62,913 nt of DNA, from positions 38,631,081-38,693,993 of the forward strand of contig NC_068990.1 of the NCBI RefSeq assembly GCF_001194135.2, written 5' to 3'. Numbering within the stretch: position 1 is the stretch's first letter; each line of letters opens with the position of its first letter. Under the pieces are notes generated by a model. It ran no database searches, was not told the origin of the DNA, and saw only the letters and a list, made by a program, of their open reading frames with translations. This DNA is from Octopus bimaculoides. Taxonomy: Eukaryota. The translations under genes and the position numbers were made by a program. Below are positions 42,645-53,091 of the stretch, one piece after another.

Positions 42645-42824
42645 NNNNNNNNNNGAATTTACAAAAATAGAACAAAAAACAAAAGACGAACACGGGTGTG
42701 TAACCAATAAACATGTGTATTAGTTTCACGCTCGTAAAGTGAGAGAGTCTTTTACGCTTCGAGCCTACGCTTTTCAACAGAGAGGAACATAGAAATAAGC
42801 AGAGAATGCAAGGGAGCCACATAT

Positions 42825-44206
42825 ATAACCATCAAAGTACCTACTCCTAATGGCCTCAAATTAAGACCTATAATAACAGGTCCTGCATGTGAAACCTAGT
42901 GCCACAGTAACTTTTGGGATACCCTGTTAAAGTCATTACTCAAGCACATCAAATACTACATAAAGGATGACCTAGATAAGCTGAATCACCTCCGCGAAAC
43001 GACAAATAAATACAACCTGCTGGGTATCATTCGACGTAGTCAATCTCGATTCTAATAACCCCCACAGCTTAGGGCTAGAGGCAATCCAATTCTGGGAAGA
43101 GAATTACTCCAATGAACTCCCACATCGCATCAAAAAAGAATTCGTAATAGAATGTCTAAAATTCATCTTGAAGAATAACATCATTGCATTCAGAGACAAC
43201 TTCTATCGACAAAAATCGGGGACTGCGATGGGTATGAGAATGGTCCCCTCCTTTGCTAACCTGAATTCATAGGATGTATAAAAATCAGTCTTTATTGTAA
43301 GATACCAGAAAAACACGGCAACCTATTCTCCCTCTACACAGAAAATAACTGGAAGAGGTATCTGGATGACTGCTTCATTATTTGGCATGAGAGTGTAGAG
43401 AGACTTAAATAACTTCAAGTACTTATAAATGGACTTGACATAAACGTTCAATTTACGATGGAATATAGCCATCACCAACTTCCATTCCGTGACATCCTCA
43501 TTAAGAAATCCAGCAATAAAATAGAAACAGATATATACTACAAGCCCACGGACTCCAAGCAATATCTACCGTTCAACTCATGCCAACCCAGACACACTAG
43601 AATGAATATCCTCTTCAACTTAGCAAAAACAATTTGTACTATAGTTTTTAATATAAGCACTAAGGACACACTACTACATGAACTAAAATATACACTCATC
43701 AGCAGGAAATACCTACCATCACTAATTGATATTGACTACAACTCAACATCCCAAAACTCAGACATCCCAAAGTAAAGAAGGATTTGCAACCAAAAGCCCT
43801 ATCATACATCTCCACACACAACCCCCTTAACAATGAAGCCTTCAACACCATCCTCCAGAACATTCCTCTACTAAAAGGGGGCTGCAGAATAAATCTAATC
43901 CTCTAAACGCACACCATCATAAAAGAGCAAAAGACAACTCAAGTCAATGAAAAGTCTCCTGAAACAAACCCAAGTACACTCAGCAGCAACATTGAAACCG
44001 TCAGTCATTCAGGGATCGGAATTCTCCTTCAAACAAGGTCAACATTTTACAGTGAAAAATAACTTCATATGTGCTTCCGAAAAGCTAATATATTTGTTAA
44101 CTTGCGCAGGATATCGACAGCAATACATAGGCCCAACCAAAAACAGTCTACGCCAGAGGATGACTATACATAGATCCCAGATTAAAATACGGGAATATAG
44201 AAAAAT
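42825..44206 (+). mobile_element. Penelope-like retroelement fossil: reverse transcriptase plus GIY-YIG endonuclease, with frameshifts and stops, truncated at both ends
   Basis: Manual translation gives LKLRPIITGPACET, KHIKYYIKDDLD, LVSFDVVNL..N.PHSLGLEAIQFW, FYRQKSGTAMGMRMVPSFANL, WKRYLDDCFIIW (YxDD), ETDIYYKPTDSKQYLPFNSCQPRH, and LIYLLTCAG..QQYIGPTKNSLRQRMTIHRSQI (GIY-YIG-like). This is the order typical of Penelope-like elements. Confidence 0.9.
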
Positions 44207-44238
44207 AGCAGATGTGATAACCACTACACCATGGAACC
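44207..44238 (-). pseudogene. tRNA-Val 5' half (nt 1-32) abutting the Penelope-like element
   Basis: Reverse complement = ggttccatggtgtagtggttatcacatctgct, identical to the intact copies. Confidence 0.9.
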
Positions 44239-44799
44239 AATCAGCAACAAACCCCAAATGTTGCTTTAACAAATACAAAATACCTGGTTGTGTTCAATTG
44301 TGTCCATTGGCTGGGATCATTGCCAATCAAGACATGCCCTACCATATTAGAAACAACAACAACAAAACGTTTTGAAAATAACAATGACAATATTTCGTAA
44401 CATCTACAAGCAAATAAAGAAAATAGAATTAGGTTCTTTGAAATACGGAGTGAAATATCAGTGAATCATTCATGTATGTTGTTGTTGTGTTGACACCAGA
44501 ATATCTCTGGTACTTATTCTCAAGTCTATTTAAAGAGATAAATACCCGTATTGATATTAGACATGTGTAAAATACAAAAATGGAGGGAGATTTCCAAATA
44601 CCGTGATGCATGAACAATTCTGAGGTTCTGGAAGTCACGAAACTAAATGGTAAAGCAGGAACCGTACCAGCATCACCAGCAACTACAACAGTAACAACAA
44701 CAATAAAGCGTCGTCGTCGAAAACAACAGCAACGCTTGAACTTAAAAGCAAAATAAACTAATAAAGAAAAATAATAATAAGCAAAATATAAAGACGATA

Positions 44800-44871
44800 G
44801 GTTCCGGCGAGTTTCGAAAACACGACCTTCTGCATGTTAAGCAGAAGTGATAACCATTACACCCTGGAACC
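44800..44871 (-). pseudogene. tRNA-Val(AAC) pseudogene (copy A)
   Basis: ggttccagggtgtaatggttatcacttctgcttAACatgcagaaggtcgtgttttcgaaactcgccggaacc; T-stem, B box and acceptor pair 7 are damaged. Confidence 0.85.
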
Positions 44872-44924
44872 AGGCATTACTGACTTACTCAAATATTGTT
44901 TTATAATTCACAAGTTGTAGCTAA

Positions 44925-45320
44925 TGCTTTCTAATTGATATATCAATATCAGCAGATGACAAAGTTTCCCTAAAAGAAATGGAGAAACTTTCAAAATACA
45001 AAGACCTGGAAATAAAGGTAACTCGAATGTGGAATCTAAAAACAGAAACAATTCCTATCATAGTAGGTGCATTAGGTATTATAAAATAATATTCAGATAA
45101 ATACATAACAAAACACCAGGACTTACAAATATATATAACATACAGAAAATTGCACTACTGGGCACTGCACACATCCTACGCAAAATACTTTCAATACAGT
45201 AACCATAAGAGCATCACAGCAAACCCCAGCACATTCCCAAGGCACACAGAGCTGCGCTCGGTAGTGAAGTGAAAGCACGTTATAAAAATAGAACTACTGA
45301 ACGATAACAATAATGATAAT
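44925..45320 (+). mobile_element. Non-LTR retrotransposon 3' end, RLE type (R4/Dong-like), with 3' UTR and degenerate (AAT) tail
   Basis: Translation CFLIDISISADDKVSLKEMEKLSKYKDLEIKVTRMWNLKTETIPIIVGALGII...IQKIALLGTAHILRKILSIQ* is a restriction-like endonuclease C-terminus. Confidence 0.8.
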
Positions 45321-45415
45321 GCAAAAAGATTGAGGCTAGATTCGAACACGCAACTCTCATTGAGGAAAGCGGCCGTGATTCCTCGATATACCAGTCGTCT
45401 TTATATTTTCCAAAT

Positions 45416-45575
45416 GAGCTGGCAGAATAGTTTCGATTCAGGACAATAACCTTTGCGGCATATCGTTCACCTTTATGTTCTGAGTTCAAAAGCTACCGAA
45501 ATAGACTTTGACTTTAATTTTCTTGGGGTCGATAAAATAATTACGTGTTGAACTGGTGTCAACGTAATCGACTTA
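45416..45575 (+). mobile_element. Diverged SINE family C inside duplicated block X (45310-45575, repeated at about 51900-52200)
   Basis: gagctggcagaatag...gttctgagttcaaaagctaccgaaatagactttg...ggtcgataaaataattac occurs in both places. Confidence 0.8.
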
Positions 45576-45974
45576 CGAGTTGTCATTCACGAGTTGTATC
45601 TAATGCTGAATTTAATGTTGAATTCCTTTTCANNNNNNNNNNNNNNNNNNNNNNNNNNNNNNNNNNNNNNNNNNNNNNNNNNNNNNNNNNNNNNNNNNNN
45701 NNNNNNNNNNNNNNNNNNNNNNNNNNNNNNNNTGTATCTAATACTGAATTTAATGTTGAATTCCTTTTCAAAACACAATGGACTACCAGAAACTGTGAAG
45801 TAGCTAAAAGTATTTAGGGTTTCGAATCCTGCTGCAGATCACTTTCCATTTAATGAAGACTAAATCGGGGTTGGGGTATTAGCACCAATAACTATAGAAA
45901 ATGCAACAAACTTAATATAGCAATCTCCTCTATAAAAAATAACTGTGTAAAAGCAATAGAGAAAACAAATGATA

Positions 45975-46046
45975 GGTTCCAGGGAGTTTCGAACTCACGA
46001 CCTTCTGCGTGTGAAGCAGATGTGATAACCACTAAACCATGGAACC
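45975..46046 (-). tRNA. tRNA-Val-CAC: tRNA-Val(CAC)-like (copy B), D- and T-stem mismatches, possibly a pseudogene
   Basis: ggttccatggtttagtggttatcacatctgcttCACacgcagaaggtcgtgagttcgaaactccctggaacc. Confidence 0.6.
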
Positions 46047-46317
46047 ACATGCCGACTGTTTTCCATCATTGTCATATTATATTGGAGCTGTGAAGAGCAG
46101 AGCTCGCCGAATCGTTAGAACGCCCGTCATAACGAATAGCAGTATTTCGTCCGTACTTACGTTCTGAGCGCAAATTCATCCTTTTCGGGTCGATAAATTA
46201 AGTTCCAGAGAAAAACTGAGGTTGCTGGAATCGACTCATCCTCGACCTCCCCCAAGCTGCTGTTGTGGCCAAAATTTGAAATAATACTAATTATTGTTAT
46301 ATTTCGGTGACCGGAGA

Positions 46318-46352
46318 TTAAGCAGATGTAATAGCCGCTACACCGTGGAAAC
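46318..46352 (-). pseudogene. tRNA-Val 5' fragment (copy C, about nt 1-35)
   Basis: Plus-strand ttaagcagatgtaatagccgctacaccgtggaaac, followed by the standard array spacer. Confidence 0.75.
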
Positions 46353-46638
46353 AGTATTTAGTAACCCCGTCAAATATTGTTTTATCATTCACGAGTTGTA
46401 TCTAATGCTGAATTTAATGTTGAATTCATTTTCAAAACACAATGGAGTATCAGAAACTGTGAATTAGCTAAATGTATTTAGGGTTTCCAATCCTGCTGCA
46501 GTTCACTTTCCATTTAATTTAGACAAAATCGGGGTTGGAGTATTAGTACCAATGACTATAGTAACTGCAACAAACTAAATATAGCAATCTCCTTTATTAA
46601 CGAATCCTGTGTAAAATCAAAAGAGAAAACAAATGATA

Positions 46639-46710
46639 GGTTCCAGCGAATTTCGAAATCACGACCTTCTGCGTGCTAAGCAGATGTGATAGCCACTACA
46701 CCATGAAACC
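46639..46710 (-). pseudogene. tRNA-Val-body pseudogene with AGC (Ala) anticodon (copy D)
   Basis: ggtttcatggtgtagtggctatcacatctgcttAGCacgcagaaggtcgtgatttcgaaattcgctggaacc; G53 and C61 are both lost. Confidence 0.85.
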
Positions 46711-47521
46711 AGTTGTTAGTGACGCCGTCAAATATTGTTTTATAATTCACGAATTGTATCTAATGCTGAATTTAATATTGAATTCCTTTTCAAAACACAA
46801 TGGTGTATCAGATACTGTGAATTAGCTAAAAGTATTTAGGGTTTCGAATCCTGCTGCAGTTCACATTCCATTTAATTTAGACTAATTTAGCATTCCACCA
46901 AATGCTATATCCTATCAATACACCACCCTGGAATTTTACTCTATTTATCGTCCCCAAACTGATAAAAGCCATAAGTGACCGAAGTAACTGGATTTAAATA
47001 TTTAACTCATCAAATTATAAGGTATATTCTGAAGTCAATGATTTTACTCAATTGAATATTGTAGACTGTTATATATATTATATAAATATTGTAAATTAAC
47101 TAATCGATAATGTTTTATAACTATATCGAAATTTAAATTATTAATACACAGGTTTTGTATAAATACAGTAAATAAGTGATATCAATGCCTAACATAATAA
47201 AATCATTAACTTCAGAACCACAGCACTATGGAAACAGTAATTAGTGACCCCGTTAAATATTGTTTTATCGTTCACGAGTTGTATCTAATGCTGAATTTAA
47301 TGTTGAATTCCTTTCCAAAACACAATGGTGCATCAGAAACTGTGAATTTGCTAAAAGTATTTAGGGTTTCGAATCCTGCTGCAGTTCACTTTCCATTTAA
47401 TGAAGACTCAATCGGGGTTGGGGTATTAGCACCAATAACTATAGTAAATACAACAAACTAAATATAGCAATGTCCTCTATAAAAAATTCCGGTGTGAAAG
47501 CAAAAGAGAAAACTAACGATA

Positions 47522-47594
47522 GGTTCCACCGAGTTTCGAACTCACGACCATTCAGCGTCTGAATCAGATGTGATAACCACTACACCATGGAACC
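47522..47594 (-). pseudogene. tRNA-Val-body pseudogene with CAG anticodon (copy F)
   Basis: ggttccatggtgtagtggttatcacatctgattCAGacgctgaatggtcgtgagttcgaaactcggtggaacc; anticodon stem broken, 1-nt insertion. Confidence 0.85.
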
Positions 47595-47902
47595 ATATAC
47601 CGGCTGTTTTCCATTATTGTCATATTATATTGGAGCTGTGAGGTGCAAAGCTGGCCAAATCGTTAGCACGCCCTTCAAAATGAATAGCAGCATTTTGTCT
47701 GTACTTACGGTCTGAGCACAAATTCATCCTTTTCGGGTCGATAAATTAAGTACCAGTGAAAAACTAATCGATAATGTTTTATAAATATATCGATATTTAA
47801 ATTATTAATACAGAGATTTTGTATAAATACAATAAATAAGTGATATCAATGCCTAACATAATAAAATCATTAACCTCAGGAGAGGAAAAAAAAAAAGAGC
47901 TA

Positions 47903-47974
47903 TGTTCCAGCGAATTTCGTACTTATGACCTACTGCGTTTTAAGCAGATGTAATAGCAACTACACCGTGGAAAC
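47903..47974 (-). pseudogene. Heavily decayed tRNA-Val-body pseudogene with AAA anticodon (copy G)
   Basis: gtttccacggtgtagttgctattacatctgcttAAAacgcagtaggtcataagtacgaaattcgctggaaca. Confidence 0.8.
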
Positions 47975-48260
47975 AGTAATTAGTGACATTGTCAAATATT
48001 GTTTTATCATTCACGAGGTCTTTCTAATGCTGAATTTAATGTTGAATTCCATTTCAAAACACAATGGTGTATCAGAATCTGTGAATTAGCTAAAAGTATT
48101 TAGGGTATCGAATCCTGCTGCAATTCACTTTCTATTCAATGCAGACTAAATCGGGGTTGGGGTATTAGCAACAATAACTATAGCAAATACAACAAACTAA
48201 ATATAGCAATCTCCTCTATAAAGAATTCCGGTGTAAAAGCAAAAGAGAAAACATTTGTCA

Positions 48261-48332
48261 GTTTCCAGCGAGTTTCGAATTCACGACCTTCTGCGTATAG
48301 AGTAGATGTAATAACCACTACACCATGGTACC
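48261..48332 (-). pseudogene. tRNA-Val-body pseudogene with TAT anticodon (copy H)
   Basis: Anticodon arm tctac-tcTATac-gcaga with a mismatch; acceptor stem has mismatches. Confidence 0.8.
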
Positions 48333-48617
48333 AGTTATTAGTGAATAACTGAAATATTGTTTTATCATTCACGAGTTGTATCTAATGTTGAATTTAATGT
48401 TGAATTCCTTTTCAAAACACAATGGAGTATCAGAAACTGTGAATTAGCTAAAAGTATTTAGGGTTTCGAATCCTGCTGCAATTCACCTTCCATTTATGTT
48501 GACTAAATCGGTGTTGGGGTATTATCACCAATAACTGTAGTAAATGCAACAAACTAAATATAGCAATCTCCTCTATAAATAATACCTGTGTAAAATCAAA
48601 AGAGAAAACAAATGATA

Positions 48618-48653
48618 GGTTCCAGCGAGTTTTGAACTCACGTCCATGGAACC
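48618..48653 (-). pseudogene. Internally deleted tRNA-Val (copy I, 36 nt: acceptor stem plus T arm only)
   Basis: ggttcca-tggac-gtgag-ttcaaaa-ctcgc-tggaacc. Confidence 0.85.
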
Positions 48654-49593
48654 AGTTGATGACGTGTTATCAAATATTGATTTGTCATATAAAGATGTTG
48701 TGGGTTGTACAGAGTTTAATGGTGATTTACTTTTAAAAGGACCGTGGAATCTCAGAAATAGTAAATTAACAACAACAAAAATTAGTTATATTTTTTTCCA
48801 ATTCAGGATTCGAATCCTGCTGGAGTTGACTTTAACCTCCACGTACTCGGGGTATCATAAAATATTGGTCAGTTCTTTTGGTCAAATATACATCGAGTTT
48901 ATCAACTGGGCTCTTTCTAGAAATATTTGTCTGTGAATCAACGTGAGCGATGAAAATTTAAAAAAAGTGCAATATTAATTGAGAAGATCAATAATTACCA
49001 ATAGAACAGATCACTATTGTATAAACTCCTAAGGATATAGAATGGAAAGCGAACTGCAGCAGGATTCAAAATCCTGACCTCTCCTTGTTAATGTACCATT
49101 TACGATACTCCACTGAGTTTTGAAAACTAACTCTACATTAAACTCTGCACAAAATAATTGTGTATGACAAAACAATATCTGATATAACGACAGCATGCGT
49201 TTCCATGGTGTAGTGGTTATCACATCTGCTTAACACGTAGAAGGTCGTGAGTTCGAAACTCGCTGGAACCTAGTTGTTTTATATTTTATTTGTATTTAAC
49301 GCCACCACCCTCATTACTGTTGGTGGGCAAAGGCTGCCTTTTCTCACAGACATTTAGTTCCAGTTATTGTTATGTTGTTATACAAATACCCAACCCCGCC
49401 AACGATGACCATGATTAAACGCAGTCATGTATTAAAGTTTGTCTCTGTAAAATTTGACGGTCGAGACAATATTGATATCAAATATTGGCACAAGTCCAAC
49501 AATCTCGGAAGAGGGCATAAATTGATCATATGGACCCCATTACTCAAATAAGAGAATAGGGAGAAATATTCAAATATTGTGAGTTAAAAAAAT
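48643..49593 (+). repeat. ~950-bp cassette carrying a divergent tRNA pair, duplicated at 55419-56373
   Basis: Collinear by eye from ccatggaaccagttgatg to aaatattgtgagttaaaaaaatt in both copies. Confidence 0.9.
49199..49270 (+). tRNA. tRNA-Val-AAC: tRNA-Val(AAC) (copy J), T2.C71 mismatch and G.U in the anticodon stem
   Basis: gtttccatggtgtagtggttatcacatctgcttAACacgtagaaggtcgtgagttcgaaactcgctggaacc; A and B boxes intact; TTTT 7 nt downstream. Confidence 0.7.
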
Positions 49594-49987
49594 TCCTGGT
49601 GATGAACGTATCCTTTAGTTCATATAGTGGTGTGTCCCTGGTGCTTGTATTAGAAAATATAGTAGAGATCCTTTTTGCTATGTTGGAGGGGATATTCATT
49701 CTGATGTGTCTGGGGTGGCATGAGTTCAACGGTAGATACTGCTTGGAGTCCGTGGGTTTATAGTATATATATCTGTTTCTATTACGTTGTTAGATTTCTT
49801 AATGAGGATATCGAGGAAGGGAAACTGTTGATGGCTATATTCCATCGTGAATTGAATGTTTACATTAAGTATATTTTTAAGTGCTTCAAATTCTTTAAGT
49901 CTCTATACTTTCATGCCGAATAATGAAACATTCATCCAGGTGTCTCTTCCAGTTATTTTCTATGAAGAAGGAGAATGAGTTGCCGTA
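49593..49987 (-). mobile_element. Penelope-like RT fragment (second, diverged copy)
   Basis: Reverse complement aligns with about 43310-43705 (gaaaataactggaagag...atggaatatagccatca...cccacggactccaagca.tatctaccgtt.aactcatgcca.cccagacaca). Confidence 0.85.
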
Positions 49988-50560
49988 GATCAAAATTCCG
50001 AAAAACAGAAAAATATCATTCACTCAACATATCGACAATTGCGCTAATAACAAAAATCAGAATGTTTGCCCTCTAACAATTCAGGGACGATACAACCTGT
50101 AGCCAACAAATTAGTAAAGAGCCTTTCTTTATCACGAAATACAGACCCCTTTCCAACGCATCTACAACAAATGACATATCCACCACGACCTTAGAATAAC
50201 ACACACGCAAATATTAAAAATGATACATTCAAAAGAGATAGCCAAGAATTCAATTCAAAATAGTCCTAATCACTACTATAATCCACAACGAGCAACTTTT
50301 AGGTCCCTTGAGCATTTAACATCCAGATCTTGTTCAAAACGGGGGCACCAGTTTTCATTTATGTTTTATGTAGTGTTTTTGGTTCCAAAAGACTTTCAAA
50401 CTTCGTATACTTATCTATTTTGTGTTATAGAACAGAAAAAAATTTTGTATTCGAATTTATTTCATGTAAAAAATTGTCTTATTTCGATCATTTCTACTAA
50501 TCACTGACGTCTATTCAGTTGAAAACAGTTAGCGCAGTAACGGTGTATATCGTATTAATC

Positions 50561-50640
50561 CCCTAACCCTAACCCTAACCCTAACCCTAGACTGTTAACC
50601 CTAACCCTAACCCTAACCCTAAAACTAATCCTAACTCTAG
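50561..50640. repeat. Interstitial telomere-type (CCCTAA)n: 4 units plus a partial unit, 9-nt interruption, 4 units, then degenerate units
   Basis: Direct reading. Confidence 0.9.
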
Positions 50641-51872
50641 AATCCGAACTCTAAAATTGTTACACACATAGATACGCACAGCGTAATTTATTATATAAAC
50701 AATATATGCGTATAAATTACGATTAAACCGGATGAAATATGTCACAGGGNNNNNNNNNNNNNNNNNNNNNNNNNNNNNNNNNNNNNNNNNNNNNNNNNNN
50801 NNNNNNNNNNNNNNNNNNNNNNNNNNNNNNNNNNNNNNNNNNNNNNNNNNNNNNNNNNNNNNNNNNNNNNNNNNNNNNNNNNNNNNNNNNNNNNNNNNNN
50901 NNNNNNNNNNNNNNNNNNNNNNNNNNNNNNNNNNNNNNNNNNNNNNNNNNNNNNNNNNNNNNNNNNNNNNNNNNNNNNNNNNNNNNNNNNNNNNNNNNNN
51001 NNNNNNNNNNNNNNNNNNNNNNNNNNNNNNNNNNNNNNNNNNNNNNNNNNNNNNNNNNNNNNNNNNNNNNNNNNNNNNNNNNNNNNNNNNNNNNNNNNNN
51101 NNNNNNNNNNNNNNNNNNNNNNNNNNNNNNNNNNNNNNNNNNNNNNNNNNNNNNNNNNNNNNNNNNNNNNNNNNNNNNNNNNNNNNNNNNNNNNNNNNNN
51201 NNNNNNNNNNNNNNNNNNNNNNNNNNNNNNNNNNNNNNNNNNNNNNNNNNNNNNNNNNNNNNNNNNNNNNNNNNNNNNNNNNNNNNNNNNNNNNNNNNNN
51301 NNNNNNNNNNNNNNNNNNNNNNNNNNNNNNNNNNNNNNNNNNNNNNNNNNNNNNNNNNNNNNNNNNNNNNNNNNNNNNNNNNNNNNNNNNNNNNNNNNNN
51401 NNNNNNNNNNNNNNNNNNNNNNNNNNNNNNNNNNNNNNNNNNNNNNNNNNNNNNNNNNTATACGAGTAAAAATAAATACAAAAAAGGTGGGTTTTTTTGT
51501 ATGATTGTGTATAGAGGAATATATTATTTTGCTTAAAAGAGTTCCAACACTGTCTGTTTTTTATGTTTTATTTATATTCCTGCAGAACTAATGTGGGGTA
51601 TAGAATATGGAATATACAATATATAATATGATATACAATATACAATATAAAATAAAATAAAATAAAAATGGATGGCACCATGAAAGAAAGTATTGAATGT
51701 AGATGAAATATTGAGTGTTCAATATAAAGGATCAAATATATAAATATATAAATATAAATATATATATATAAAGGCGACTCGAGTTTCAGGGCTATTTCCC
51801 TTCGTCATGGCCGGTATGACGTGTGTGTGTGTGTATTGTTTTATGTATATATTGATATTAAAACTACTGAAA

Positions 51873-51909
<37 letters not shown>

Positions 51910-52296
51910 CAAAAAGATTGAAGTTAGATTCGAACACGCGACTCTCATTCAGGAAAGCGGCCGTGATTCCTCGACATACCAATCGACTTTATATTTTCTA
52001 TATAAGCTGGCAGAATAGTTTCGACGCCGGACAATATCCTTAGCGGCATATCGTTCACCTTTATGTTCTGAGTTCAAAAGCTACCGAAATAGACTTTGCC
52101 TTTCATTTTCTTGGAGTCGATAAAATAATTACTTGTTGAACTGGTGTCAACATAATCGACTTACTCCCTCACTCGAAATTACCGACCTTGTGCTAATGTT
52201 TCCAATCAATAACAGGAACTAAACGGTGGTGAGAAAAAACAACCTTTACAGCACCAACAGCATTACATTATGTTGAAGCAAAATATAAAGACGATA

Positions 52297-52368
52297 GGTT
52301 CCAGTGAGTTTTGAACTCACGCCCTTCTGCGTGTTAAGCAGATGTGATAACCACTACACCATGGAACC
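52297..52368 (-). tRNA. tRNA-Val-AAC: tRNA-Val(AAC) (copy K), intact cloverleaf
   Basis: ggttccatggtgtagtggttatcacatctgcttAACacgcagaagggcgtgagttcaaaactcactggaacc; acceptor, anticodon and T stems pair fully, D stem as in the other intact copies. Confidence 0.8.
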
Positions 52369-52419
52369 AGATGCCGCCTGTTTTCCATCATTGTTATATT
52401 ATATTTGAGATGTGAGAAG

Positions 52420-52605
52420 CAAAGCTGGCCGAATCGTTAGCACGCTCGATAAAATACTTAGTAGTATTTCGTCCGTACTTACATTCTGAGTTCAAATTCA
52501 TCCTTTTCGGGTCTAGAAATTAAGTACCAATGAAAAACTGAGGTCGATGTAATCGACTCATGCCCCACCTCCCCCAAGCTGCCCTTGTGGCAACAATTTA
52601 AAATA
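52420..52605 (+). mobile_element. SINE family C inside duplicated block Y (also at about 46095-46290 and 47650-47762)
   Basis: gctggccgaatcgttagcacgc...gtatttcgtccgtacttac.ttctgag..caaattcatcctttt is shared by the three places. Confidence 0.8.
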
Positions 52606-53019
52606 ATACTAATTATTATTATATTTCGGTGAACGGAGATTGAATTCGAACACAAAACCTACAAAACCAGAAAACTTTCCACCAAATGTTTTATTCTACC
52701 AATGCACCACTCTGGAATTCTACTTTATTTATCGACCCCGAACTGATGAAAGCCATAAGTGACCGAAGTGACTAGATTTAAATATTTAACTCATCAAATT
52801 ATACGGAATATTCTCAAGTAAATGATTTTACTCAATAGAATATTGTAGACTGTTATATACATTATATAAAGTATTATAAATTATCTAATCGATAATGTTT
52901 TATAACTATATCGATATTTAAATTATTAATTCACTTGTGTTGTGTAAATACAATAAATAAGTGATATCAATGCCTAACCCAATAAAATCATTAACCTCAG
53001 GAGAGGAAATAAAAAAGTA

Positions 53020-53091
53020 GGCTCCAGTGAGTTTCGAACTCACGACCTTCTGCGTGTAAAGCAGATGTGATAACCACTACACCATGGAACC
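53020..53091 (-). tRNA. tRNA-Val-TAC: tRNA-Val(TAC) (copy L), intact
   Basis: ggttccatggtgtagtggttatcacatctgcttTACacgcagaaggtcgtgagttcgaaactcactggagcc; one G.U in the acceptor stem; T6 terminator 3 nt downstream. Confidence 0.85.

Larger units (their letters stand above)
46353..48617 (-). repeat. Tandem array of ~358-bp units (72-nt tRNA plus 286-287-bp spacer), partly interrupted
   Basis: The spacer attcacgagttgtatctaatgctgaatttaatgttgaattcc...gggtttcgaatcctgctgca...aaagagaaaacaaatgata recurs. End-to-start distances are C-D 287, G-H 287 and H-I 286. Confidence 0.9.
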
